Source: Klebsormidium nitens
Taxonomy: Eukaryota; Plantae; Klebsormidiophyceae
Assembly (NCBI GenBank): GCA_000708835.1
Contig: DF237258.1
Location: forward strand, 1 to 64,000
DNA: 64,000 bases
Direction: 5' to 3'
The notes beneath the pieces are model-generated. The model ran no database searches and was not told where the DNA came from. It worked only from the letters and a program-made list of their open reading frames with translations. Made by a program: the position numbers and the translations under genes. Each line of letters begins with the position of its first letter. The first letter of the stretch is position 1. Positions 36,424-48,300 of this stretch are shown in pieces.

Positions 36424-38553
36424 ATGGCGCTCGCTGATCCCTCTCCTGCTGCGGCGGCGCGCGCGCTGTCCGGCTTGCCCCTGGACGTGCTCCGCCTCAT
36501 TGTGGCCAAGCTGGACCTGCAGGACCGCCTACGCCTAGAGGCGCTGGACAGGAGTCACCGGGAGATCATGAGGGAGCCGGAGCTGTGGCAGGATATCAGG
36601 CTGGGAGGTGGGAGGGCATTGGAGATTAAAGAGGAGCAGCTTCTCATTCTCATTTCCAGAATCGATCACCGCATGCAGGCTGCGTCTCACATAGCCGGCA
36701 TGACAGCTGCCCTTCAAGACATTACGCAGAGTTACCTGGGGCATGATCCGCTGCGCAACCCGAAACTGGACTCCCGACTGAGCACTCCTGGAGCAACCTT
36801 AGGCTCACCCTTCTCCTTCATTGAAATAAGAGTGTTATACCAAGCAGTGCCCGAGACCTGGGGCCCTCTCAGGCTCATCGCAGAAACGTGCACAGTCTGG
36901 GTGGTCGAGCAAGTCAACCGGATTCCGAAAGCCGCTCGGAAGCTCTTTTCGGCCTGCCAGAAGATCGTCAGGGATCCTGCTGCGATCGTAGGGACCCTGA
37001 AGGCAAAATTGACCGGTCAGGTGAAGCTTGAGGGCAAACCGTCAGCGAAGAAGGCAGTGTCTCTCAACGTCACAGGGGGCACCAAGTTGTCTCCAGCCTT
37101 TCTCGCAGCGTGCACCATTGCCCTCTCGGCGGCAGGGTACCACGTGGACCTCACGATGGACGGAGAAAGCGACCCTGGCTTTCTGGTCAACCACCCTGTG
37201 CATGACGTCATCCGGAGCCTGGCCCTCGACTGCTCGCTGCACGTAAACCTGCTAGTGTCCGGAAAATTTCCTTGGACGGCGGACTGTCTCGAGGGCTTCG
37301 GTCAAGGCGGGCAGTTGCAAGCAGCGGTGCAGCCCGAAACGGTGGAGGCGAAAGTGGAGCGCGTGGCTGCCTCGATAGCGCCCCATTACAAAGGCTCAAG
37401 CGCGGCATGCCAAAACTTCCTTGACAAAGTCTGGTCGCTGGTGGAATTCAGAGCTGCAGTCGCGGGAAAATCAGGCTCGGCCAAAGGCGCGACAGCCAAA
37501 GTCGTAAGCGAGACCGTCGTTTTGGAGCATCTCGTCGAAGTGGAGCCCCTTCTCCTCGAAGCACTGCGCAGGTGCTCGTCGCCGGAAAAGCTCCAGCTGG
37601 CGTTCCGGAACTGCCTGCTTCCGGCCAACGGATTCCGCTCGCTCTTTGCGGTACTCGGGGAGCGCGGAACCGGCCGCGTGGCCCTTCAGCAGCACTCTCC
37701 GTTTGAGAATCCTCAGGTGGCAGCGCTCCTTTTAGCGTGCGCAGAGCTGCAAAGCAGCACGGGGCTCAAGGTTCTCGAGCTCGACCTTCCGCTCTCTCCG
37801 GCGGACCTCGATTCCGTCGCCCTGTTCCTGGACCGGAACCTGAACGGCGCCGAGGTTGTCATCCACTTGCGGCCGGCCTTCTACTTCAAAAGCGGCCAGC
37901 TATCGCAGCGCTTCTTCTCGCAGCTCAGGGGGCTGTGCTTGTCAGAGCGGAGTGCCCGGCTGAGGATTGTGCGCTACCGGGGAGGGGCTCCGCTTTCGAA
38001 AGGGAGAGCCGCTGAAGACCCAGGAAGCCTCGACGCCTTCCTTTCGCCAGTCCAGCAGGAAATACGGTCCAAGCTCCGGATCCGCAAAATCGTCGGCTTC
38101 GTGGACCGTTCGATCTCCTTCTTACTCGTCGGAGATTTGCTCGTCGTCTTGGCTACTCTCGTGGACTGGCTCCTCGGTTTAGGCTGGCTTAGCTTTATGA
38201 CAAAACGGGCCAAGGTGATGGCCTACCAGCTGGCCATGGCCATGACCTTCTTGTGGCCGTCGATACAAGCGTCGCTGCTGGGGAGGTTGGATCTGACGGG
38301 CACGGTTTACGGGCTTTGCGTCAGCGGCTTCCTGCCCATGACGTGGATCGACTTGGCCATCAGGTCCTTGCCCGCGTACCTGGGCGCTTGTCTCGTGTGG
38401 ACGATCGCGAGGTGCCTGCTCAAGGCTGCTGCGGGGTGTTTCCGCCACTTCGCTGCCAAGGTGAGGGAACCACAAGAACGTCCGTTCTGTTCTAGGCAGC
38501 TGGCCCGTTCCTTTACTGAGTATTGGGTGCTTGTCTTTGACGGATGGGGTTGA
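36424..38553 (+). CDS. Intronless F-box protein with degenerate LRR-like middle and about 4 C-terminal transmembrane helices (709 aa)
   Basis: Uninterrupted ORF from ATG 36424. F-box motif LSGLPLDVLRLIVAKLDLQDRLRLEALDRSHREIM...W. Hydrophobic segments FLLVGDLLVVLATLVDWLLGLGWLSF, VMAYQLAMAMTFLWPSI, VYGLCVSGFLPMTWIDLAI, AYLGACLVWTIARCLL. A paralogue lies at 52467-54607. Confidence 0.82.
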   Translation: MALADPSPAAAARALSGLPLDVLRLIVAKLDLQDRLRLEALDRSHREIMREPELWQDIRLGGGRALEIKEEQLLILISRIDHRMQAASHIAGMTAALQDITQSYLGHDPLRNPKLDSRLSTPGATLGSPFSFIEIRVLYQAVPETWGPLRLIAETCTVWVVEQVNRIPKAARKLFSACQKIVRDPAAIVGTLKAKLTGQVKLEGKPSAKKAVSLNVTGGTKLSPAFLAACTIALSAAGYHVDLTMDGESDPGFLVNHPVHDVIRSLALDCSLHVNLLVSGKFPWTADCLEGFGQGGQLQAAVQPETVEAKVERVAASIAPHYKGSSAACQNFLDKVWSLVEFRAAVAGKSGSAKGATAKVVSETVVLEHLVEVEPLLLEALRRCSSPEKLQLAFRNCLLPANGFRSLFAVLGERGTGRVALQQHSPFENPQVAALLLACAELQSSTGLKVLELDLPLSPADLDSVALFLDRNLNGAEVVIHLRPAFYFKSGQLSQRFFSQLRGLCLSERSARLRIVRYRGGAPLSKGRAAEDPGSLDAFLSPVQQEIRSKLRIRKIVGFVDRSISFLLVGDLLVVLATLVDWLLGLGWLSFMTKRAKVMAYQLAMAMTFLWPSIQASLLGRLDLTGTVYGLCVSGFLPMTWIDLAIRSLPAYLGACLVWTIARCLLKAAAGCFRHFAAKVREPQERPFCSRQLARSFTEYWVLVFDGWG

Positions 38554-38591
38554 TGATTGCAGGACTCTACCGGTTTGCGGTAGCGAAACTT

Positions 38592-38667
38592 CGTACAGGA
38601 GAAGCAGCAGTCCAAAGCGTTGGGGGCTACGTACAGGAGAAGCAGCAGTCCAAAGCGTTGGGGGCTA
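38592..38667 (+). repeat. Perfect 38-bp tandem duplication
   Basis: CGTACAGGAGAAGCAGCAGTCCAAAGCGTTGGGGGCTA occurs twice (38592-38629, 38630-38667), just 3' of the F-box stop codon. Confidence 0.95.
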
Positions 38668-39077
38668 ATACTGATCCTGTTTAGAGCAGTGGCAGTAAAG
38701 CGTCTGGAGGTTGGACGTTTGTATTTGTTGTGAAGTAGCACATACATCTCTTTTAGATCGTCTCGATAAGTCGGACTTTCCGAGATTACAGGACTCGTGC
38801 CATTTCTTACCGGCAATGAATTTCCCTATGAATCTCTCCTTTGAGCACAAAGTCAAAGCGGTACCTTCTGGACTTCAGAGCCGTGATTGCTGATCAAAGC
38901 CGATTGCAACTGGCATAGCTGAACAGCTTGTGTCATACCCTTTCGCGTGGGACCGAAACTGGAGGATAAGGAGATTGAAAATCAATCAGAACGGATTCGT
39001 ATAGCAGAATCAAGAACGCCCGACTCATTGTGCTGCTAGGAATCAAACCTTCCGCACTTGCTGGTTGTCACAAAGTT

Positions 39078-40724
39078 CTATGTTCCGATTCTCATAACAT
39101 TTCCGACCTGTGCAGTCCACGACTTCGGGGCCGAGAAGCAACCCGAGGCCGTAGATCTCTTTCCTGCCACGGAAAAGGAAGCGGAGGGTAAGACTCGCTC
39201 GGCGCTGGTCCTAATGGCAGATCTGGGTTCGACCATCTTAGGAAGCCTTCCTGGTTCGAGACGCCACCAGAAGTCCTGACGACACTTTATATAATCATCT
39301 TCTCGCAGCTCGGCGTACTGCCGCGCTTGCCGGGCAGTGCTCATTGATCTGAGTACCTGAAAACTCTTTTCAGTTCCCATCTGTGGCCTTATGAAAGGGT
39401 TTTGGTGGTCGAATCAAGACCTTCTGCTCGAGCTCGTTTCTTTGTCAACCTTCATGCCTAAGCCAAATTTCAATTTCTTGCGAAGCAGACGCTTACCTTT
39501 CGTCTAACAAGAGATAATTGCTTGTAAGAGCCATCGACCGCCATGAAAACGCGTTTGCTTTTGACGACCAGAGCCGCTTCTGTAAGTTTACAAGAATAGT
39601 TGCGGATCAACGCGTCCTTCCTTGCTTACCTTTTACAGGTCTTTGTAGAATCTGGAACCTTGTACTATAGCCGGGTAGACCTGTTAGTCGGCGGAAATCT
39701 CTCAGGAACCGCGCGGTCGGTTCATCTTGGAAGAGACCGATGACTTAGCGGCTGCGTTGGAGCTCCCGGAAAGATTTGCGAATGTCTGCCAAAAAGTAAG
39801 AAGCGCTAACCCAGAATAGCAAAACCTGCCGCAAGATTGTTAGGCAGGTCAAAGCACCACGGAAATTTGAGATGAACGGTTCAAAGGAGGGTCCTTAGCT
39901 TGTTTGCTTGTTGTCGAGATCCATTTGTAAGAGTTTCTAGGACTTTCGACGACATAATGAGATGGTAGCCGCGGATACGTTTCAGTCGTTAGAGAAGATG
40001 CTCACGGCTCGTCCTTGACGAACTAGATGATCCCTCTCGATTTGCACACAAACCCTTCTCAACACCCCGGGTTCAATATGTGAGGATGCTGTTCAATATC
40101 GAGACTGGTTGTCGTGGCAGTGCCTCTCGTTAGGCCAACACACAAAGACTTTCAACTACATACAACTAGTATTTGCTACATATATTCAAGCAAGATTCGT
40201 GCCAAGAGGTGCTGATGATGCGTGCACATGAAAGAACACAAAGTGACGTTCTTAGCTCTGAAGTCTATCGAATGCCAGGAGGTACCATGGTTTATTTGTA
40301 AAAAGTGAAGCACAGTTCAAGTGGAGCACGGTTCTTGTCAGATTTGTATGTTACGACTAGTGAGCCGTGTGACAGGCCGGAAATGACGAGTCTGCCGCCT
40401 TAAGGATCGTCGTATAGAAGGTTTTCAATGTTCTAGCGCGGCACAATGCATCACGAGTATACATGCCATGAGTGTGATACCTATCCTGTCGGTCTCCAGT
40501 AGACCGTATCAGGTGTGAGTAGTGATGAATAATCCACCGGTGAGTGGCCGCTTGCCGCTCGAAGAAGGCGGTCAGAGGCCAGAGAGCCCACTGCATTTGT
40601 TTTCATTCGTCCTGGCTGGCAAGTGGAGAGTCCGCATTATCGGTCAAGTGCAAAACTTACTTGTTCCTCGCAGGCATATTGTGCTGGGTCTGCCAGGCAC
40701 TAGAGCCCGAAGGTTCAGTGCCAT
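39078..40724 (-). pseudogene. Decayed multi-exon gene of unknown family
   Basis: ATG 40724 (MALNLRALVPGRPSTICLRGT, transit-peptide-like) followed by GT-AG exons. The last three are phase-consistent (...TRFQILQRPVK / EAALVVKSKRVFMAVDGSYKQLSLVRRK / MGTEKSFQVLRS...). In-frame TAA stops at 40400, 39989 and 39745. Confidence 0.45.
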
Positions 40725-40899
40725 ATCTCGCTGGCCCCTGATTGCGGCTGGTTCAACAATGGGGGCCGCCGCAAGAGCCAGCCCGGCGCTAGCTGACAAT
40801 CTAGCTGACTAGCTATATTGGGCTATAAAGCTAAGATAGACGCCTCGGCTGGGCCTCTGCTCAGCTCTAGCGGCTCAGTGTGTCGGAAGTTTCGACGGT

Positions 40900-41050
40900 C
40901 GATCATTCGCGGCAGTGGCGGCCGTCCGATCGCCGTGTGAACGAACGGCGGCCGGCGCGGCCGCCGGCCGTGGATTTTCTGGCCGCGGCCGGCCGCGGGC
41001 CGGGCCTTAAACGCGGCCGCGGCGCGCAAAATTTTTCTAAACCCTGGCCT
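40900..41050. promoter_or_regulatory. CpG/GC-rich island (probable promoter region)
   Basis: Dense GGCC/CGCG repeats ending in TAAACCCT (telo-box-like), upstream of the minus-strand relic. A similar island lies at 59840-59990, upstream of DEG9. Confidence 0.3.
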
Positions 41051-41230
41051 TGCACCATGGAAAGGATTGAAACCGTTCGATCGACATGCTGCCTCACGCT
41101 CTGACGTCGATAAATCACATGATGTGCAACTACCTGCTAACTACTTACGTCACTTTGAGTGTCTCGGCACTCAAAAGCAAGTTGCAACGGTTTTCGAAAA
41201 CTGTATCGACTCTACCTACTACGGTAGGTA

Positions 41231-41553
41231 CAGCATTTTCGGGGCAGGCTTCCCGGTTGCGTTCGATAGATAGGGTGTATTTAGTCTAACTTACGCTAAA
41301 TTTAGTCTAAGTTTAGTTGCGTTACCAGACCAATTGACGTCATAGATGAGACCAATATTGATACGTGGCAAAGACTCGGCGCGTCAGATGGGCCCTGAGC
41401 AGCGGATCTACGGCTCGGTGCTCACCTTGGTTTTAAATGACGTCAAAGCAAAAGGTAAAACTTAGACTAAATAGCCTAAACACAGACTAGATTTAGACCC
41501 TAAATACACCCTATCTATCGAACGCAACCGGGAAGCCTGCCCCGAAACTGCTG
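41231..41553. mobile_element. Tc1/mariner-type MITE, 323 bp
   Basis: 54-bp TIRs (CAGCATTTTCGGGGCAGGCTTCCCGGTTGCGTTCGATAGATAGGGTGTATTTAG; 53/54 identical), with TA duplicated at 41229-41230 and 41554-41555. Subterminal TTTAGTCTAAGTTT inverted motifs. Confidence 0.88.
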
Positions 41554-42320
41554 TACCTCGAATCCTTGAAGTTGAGGCCCTTGTTGGAAAATTGCAACAT
41601 GGGCCAGCCTTGGATCTCCTCAGGCTCAAGTTCCAGTGCTTTACGTCTATTAAACCATCTTCAGTGTAGCATACTAACATTTTCAAAGTGCATGAGGCGG
41701 GTGAATCTTGTTTCACCTGAAGGTAGCCGCACTTTTTAAGGTCGGCAGAACGTACCACCGCGCTGGGAAAGATCATCACAGCGATGCTTTACCTGGCCAG
41801 CTTGAGTGTCTTTCCAGTGCTGATCTGTAAGGCCAGGCTCTCCGCGGACGTTAGCAAAAGATAAGGAGGGGAAAGGCCACAATTTAACGTGGGTGGCGGT
41901 AAGTCTTGAGTTCCTCTTTTCCAGAAATGGTGCTTGATCACTTACTCAAGCACCACCTGCTTTGCCTGCTTGTGACCGCGAGCTGGTGCACTTTCATGTA
42001 GTACCACTCCTGTTGCTTCTATGAAGAAAAGGCTGGTGCTTAAAGTGCCCCTCAAATCAAGTCAAGTTTGCCGTGCCCTTCTTTGAGAATCAAGCACGTG
42101 GGTAAGGACAGGAAAAAGGCACTTGAGAATTGTTCTCGTGTCCAAATTTGCTCGCTTGGTCTTGGTAGCTTTTGGACGTCATGTGCGCCTTGAGCTCACA
42201 AACCCTGGTGAAATGCAAATTTTCCCATCAAGAGCTGTGAGATTCCTTCGAACAAAAAGCTAACACCTCTGCTCAATGCCAACAGGAATTGAGGCTGGTT
42301 GCTGCAACATCAGCACCACC

Positions 42321-45300
42321 ATGGCCAAGTTGTGGCTTGGCCTGGCTTTGCTGCTTTTTGCCTGCGTGGCTCAGACAGAGGCAGTCACGGAGCCCACAGA
42401 AGGTGAGAAGACGTACTTAGTATCTCCTCTTATCCCCCAATTAATGCGCCCCATCAGCATTTCTGTGCAGAGGTGCAAAGAAGCTAGCTTGGGACAAAAA
42501 CAGGCAGGTAACCGGCCAACTCTGGAGGAGGAGAAGTCATCAACTTGCTATTCCTTTCAAAAAGTGCTGCGTTTTGTACCAATGACAGTTGGATAACAGC
42601 TGTGAGGAAGGCCCTGTTGGACTGTCTGTATCTTGACTCTTGATTAGGTCCTTTTAGAATTGGAATTATATACCAAAGTCTATGGTTGTTGTGCTGGCAA
42701 TCCTGAAATTTTCCTGATTTCAAGTCCTCTCCGCTCTGCAGTGGCGGCCCTCCTGACGATGAAGGCTGCCTGGAACAACGTGACGCGGCTGACCAGCTGG
42801 AACGACACCTCAGACCCCTGCGACAATGGATGGAGGGGCATCATCTGCTCGCTGACGTCGGTGCCTGGAAACAGGCACGTCACCGGCATGTAAGTGGCAG
42901 CGCTCTAGAGCTGTTTCTCCTGATGAGTGTTGTCCAGGATGACCTCTCCTGCGACACTTACCACTTACTTTATGAAAATCTGCCAAGATGATAGAACAAA
43001 ACCTGCCTCTCAAAGTGGTGCACTTTGAGGATTCTTTTTGAGAACGTCTTCCCCGGGAATTCTGGGCAGTCGGCTGAACAACACACTATTCTGGTTGACA
43101 ACCATGGCATTCTGAAGCGCAAACCTGATATGATGGTAACTTTGTGTGTGCAGCCAGTTACCAGGCTTCTGGGTGGGGGGCATTCTCTCTCCTGCGGTGG
43201 GGAAGCTGACATACCTCACTCTGCTGGACCTCAACAGCAACAACATGACGGGGCCCATGCCAGCAGAGATTGTCAACCTCAACCAAGTGCAGGTACGGAT
43301 TCTGTTCCGGTCAATCTGATGCACTGTAAAGCCTCAGCATGTCATGACCAGGCAACTGGGATGACACAGGCCTGTGAGATTTGCCACAGAAAGAGCTGCT
43401 GTTAGTGCTCCATACTTACATTTGACCTCCAGGCATTTTGACTCTCTTTCAAAAAAGGTGCACAGCAGACATTGCCAGGAAGCACGCCATATGGTCATGA
43501 CCGATCTGGACTAATATAACTAAGTCATTGGGCATGCCACTGGCAATGACTGCTCTGTACCTTTTGCGGTACACCAGACAGAAAGCATGGGCATCCAAGT
43601 TGCTTCAACACAATCCCGATCCACAGATAGCCTGGCCAGACTTCATCCCGCCAGCTATGCTTCAAGTTAGGGGCGTGGACTCGTTTCTGTGACTCAAAGC
43701 TGACACTGTATGTGCCATTTCCTGCAGCGGCTTGTGTTCCGGCAGAGCAGCCTGACTGGCGAGCTAGGCACGTGGCTGCCCAAGCTGTCTACGCTGCGCA
43801 TTGTGGATATGGGCAGCAACAAGTTTACAGGGCCCATCCCCGACGAACTTGGAACCTCCCTCAGCACGCTGCAAGTATTGTAAGCAGTCCCGCCGTTGAG
43901 GCTCTGGCAATTTTTCAAATCTTGAATCATACTGGACAAGGTCATTCTCGTGTTTGGTAAAATTGCACGCCCGAATGACAAACAGTTGCTATTCTTCTCC
44001 CTTAATGCGAAGTGGCTGCAGACAACGAAGTCGATCTCCGAGAAGAGATATTTTCTGGCTTCTACGGCGCATCTTTGCTGCAACCTAGCCTAGAAAGCCA
44101 GGGATCCGTCATTGCCCCTCTCGTGTGCTGACAGCTACCCCGCCCCATGTGTATATACAGCGACTGTTCGTTCTGCCAGCTGTCTGGCCCCATCCCCGCC
44201 AGCGTCGGCAGCTTAGGCAGCCTGCAGCTGCTGCAGTTGCCCCGCAACAACCTCACAGGGCCCATTCCTCCGGAGCTGGGCAAGCTGGGGAGTCTGCAGG
44301 GAATGTAAGTCATACCATGCGTACAGCAGTCACGTGACTCCCATGCTTGATGTGACAAAGAAAGAAGCTCGTGTGCCGCTTGCCAAGCACTTTGGGATAG
44401 CCCAACAAACGGTTTCTGGTGACGAGTCTGCCTTTAGGATTGAATCAGAGTGCGTGAGACCCCACTGAATCCTGTGGTAGATGATGAGAGCCATGGAGAG
44501 CCTGCCGAGGAACAAGACGCTCTCAGTCGGCTTGAGTCGATTCAGACCGGAATCAACGCTGATGTGGCGGCGTGCTGAGAGCCTATGCGCTTTGCTCTAT
44601 TTCAGGAACTTGCAGAACAACAGCCTTACAGGACCGGTGCCGGAGTCGATTGCCGGCTTGACCAACTTGAACCAGCTGTAAGTGCCACCACCTTTGAGTG
44701 CACGATAGGAGGTGCTAGATGGCCCTCTTGTGCTCCGGTTTACCAGATCTGCCCCCTCGGAATAGCTCGACGAGACAGTGCTCCCAGATTGATCTGAGTG
44801 GGCCGGGGATTTTCAGAAGTCCAGATCTTTCACATGTAGATCTTCCCTCGTAAAAACTTTCCCGCATTCTATGATCAAACTTACCCGCCGTTGCAAGAAG
44901 TCGCTTCAGCAACTGACAATACTGGAGTAACGTAAACCAAGAAGGTCAGGTGTGCGTTCTGTCATCTCATATTACGGTTCCCTTCGCCTCAACACCAAGC
45001 GGACTTCGGTTCTCTCGCGTGTTCAGTGGTCCTTATTGCAGCCCCCTTGGTGTGCAGTGTTTTGGCGTACAACCAGCTGACCGGGGAGCTGCCAGGCGGC
45101 ATCCTGACCAACGCGAACGCGCTCATGAGGTACGCCTCTCCTGCTTCTGACGAGCATCTCTGCAACCAAACCTGGTGCATCGGAGTGCCGTTGACGGTTT
45201 GGCCGGATCCTAGCTATTCGAAGCCAGGCTAATGTCAAAGATGGGCTCTTTGTGGACAACAAAGCGCTTCCTTGTCCGAACTCTTCAAGCTAGAGCCGAT

Positions 45301-48300
45301 GACAGGGACAAGCTGACCCAATAACTGTCGTGCAGGTTCGACGGCAATCCTCTGTGCGACATCGCGGCCAACGCGCCGTTCTGCACGGGCGCTCCGCTGC
45401 CCTCCACGGGTGGCCCCGGGGGACCGGTCGGCGGGGGCCCCAACGGCCTGGGGACAGCACCAGGGCAGGTGCCCGGAGCAGCCGGGACGGCAGGGAACGC
45501 GACAGCAAACGCAACGGTCCCTGCAAATGCAACGGTAAGCGCGACGCCATGTTGCATAGCTGTGAGTGAGAAAATTGATCGCAGCGGATGGTGGCCTCAT
45601 CTGAGCATATGCTAGTGGGACCTTCTGAGTTGTCGGCATGCGAGAGTAGTATGGCGTCAGAAGTCATTCTCAGCAGAGCGTCGGGTTTTTTTGTCAAGGT
45701 CTCGGGGCCAGGAGAAAGGGAGTCCGCTTTGGAGGTCGAGGCGAAAAAGTTCCTGCCAGTGTGAACACAACAGTACAATCGTTTGTGGCTGCATTGGAAT
45801 GGGCAAGCCTGTCCATCGTAAGGACGCGCTCAAAACGCTTCCGGTACAAAGCTGCTTTCGTAGCCCTAAAGTTTCTTCTTCGTGCACAGACGCCGGCGGC
45901 TGCCCCCTCTGGTGCCGCTCAAACCCCCGCCGCTGGCCCCGCACCCGAGCCCGTTGCCGTAGCCCCAGTGCAAAACCCTGTTGCCACGACTAACGCAACC
46001 ACTAACCAGAGCTCGCCCGCTAACCAAACCGGCGCTGCCAGCCTGACGGGGCCTGTCGGCGCCTCCGGGCCGACGACCGTGAACCAAGGTCAGCGACTTA
46101 CGCAGTCTTAACGCGCGACACTTGGTCGCCTTCTCGTGCCTCTTCTTCACGAAGACATGGTAGACCGCCCGGGAGGGCGGCGGAGGCTTGCCTCTTAGAG
46201 CCGGGACTGGGCAGATTTTATAAAGGGCTCCTTAACGTGTGTAAGTGTGACCTGATGGACGAAGGTATGTGTGCAGGGGCCAGGCCGACTACTTGGCTCT
46301 GATTATCTTGTGTGAATTAGATTTCGGTTTCGTTCCGTACTATTTAAATGCTGAAGTCTGTGCGCGAGCGTGCGCGCAAGGGACACGGAAGCCGTACAGC
46401 GTCCTGTGGTCTGAACTGTTGGCAGTACGTACCAGAATTTCGGTCACTGTTCCCTCCGGGGACTTTGACCCATCCTTGCAAATCTTCAGCAGCAATACTG
46501 GATGAGTCTATCGCATATAAGGGTGATCTGAATTTTGATCTATGTGATCGTGGGCCGGGGTACGCCACAGTGTCAGGTGCTTGAATGAGGTACAAACCGA
46601 AACGTGGCAGCTTCACAGCCTTCGGCATGCAACGTGGCAGGCCTGTATTAAATCTATTCGGAGATCTCGAGGTCAAGCGTTACAATGTTTCGTTTTTGCG
46701 CGTCGGCACACTCGCGTCCGCGTTCGATTTCGTAGCAATAATCGGCGAAGGCGCGCGGGGCAGTCTAGGCTTGGTGGCGTTTGAGGTATGGATGTTTTGG
46801 GGGATTTTGCGTATGTTTTCGTATCGAACTCCGGGCAAGTGAAAAACAGCGGCAGACTCAGCTTCCTTATCTTCCGCAGAGCGGCGCCGTACAGCGTCGC
46901 AAGAACGCGGTTGACACGAAAGCAATAGTCCGCATATTTTACTGCGTAAAAGAGGCAAGCCAATATCCGAGTGGGAATCGCACCGAATACCTGTCAAGCT
47001 TGCTGACAAGACGCCCATGTTCAGTTGGTATTGAATGCCTCTTTGCGGTCACCATTTGCCGGCAGTCCACACTTCACCCATAGCCAAAGCAGAAGCGGTC
47101 AGATAACTTCACTTTGACGGCCGAAATTCGACATCCCGCAAGACGAGGTTCAGGACAACTCAAATCCTCACATGCTTCAAGCTGTTGCTTCTCCTAAATT
47201 ACTGTCCCTCGTTCACTCCAGGCTCCAGCGGTGGCGGCTCCTCGGTGGGCCTCATCGTCGGGGTGGTGGTCGGCGCGGCCGGCTTCCTGCTGCTGGTGGC
47301 GCTCATTGCCGCGGCCATCGCCCGCAACCGCCGCGCGCGGCGCCAGTCCAAGGGCCTGCTGGGCGACGGGTACCACTCCAAAACCACCTCGACAAACGGT
47401 GAGAAGCAGAAACGTGCAGCGCAGCTTTTCCTTGTCGCATCTTGCCGCTTTGCTTCCGGAGAATTTCTTCGTTTGTCACGTGTGGTCAGGAGGCTCCCCA
47501 AAGACTGGTTTCGAATGGCCTTCTTTCTTCTTTTTGTGCCCTTGCAAGCTTACCCGGGCACCAGGACGTGATTGCTCAGAAATTGAAGACTTCAAAAGAG
47601 GTGCGAGGATGACTGAAGACGTTGTGATTCAAACGCCTTCTCTCAAGCGATGAAGGCCCCCTGTGACGTAAGTGGCAACTCCTTCTGACGTGCCGTTTCC
47701 CCCTTTGTGCAGGCTCTGACGCTGCCACCCGGTCCGTCAAGTCCCAAATTTTGCGCGCGCTCCACCTGGCCAGCCCCAAGACGCTGCCCGTCACCGGGCC
47801 GGGGGGCGCCGGTCCCACCTACTTCGCCCCCCCCGGCGCGGTGGAGGGCATGGAGGCGCCGCTGCTGTTCACGTTCCGCGAGCTGCAGGTCATTACGAAC
47901 GGCTTCAGCGATGAGTTATTGATCGGCGAGGGGGGCTTCGGCAAGGTGTACCGGGCGGGGATCAAGGACCAGGCCGTCGCAATCAAGCGGCTCGAGAAGC
48001 AGGCCGCCTTCCCGGGGAAGCACGTAAGCGGGAACAAGAAACTTTTGCTCGCGGTTGGTACTATCAGTGGGTGATAATCCTAGGGAGAGCGACGCACATA
48101 CAAGCTCCCATAAATCTCGATCGATGAACGCGCAGGCTTACAAGCTGTCTTTCGCTCGGTCCCCCATGGGAAGACCTTGTTCTGAGAAGACGGTTGCCCA
48201 GGTGACGAATGAATCCGCGTTTCGTGGGCGCTAATTTGTCTCTCTTTTTGTGTGCGCGCGCAGGGCGAGAAGCAGTTCCGCACGGAGGTGGACGTGCTGA

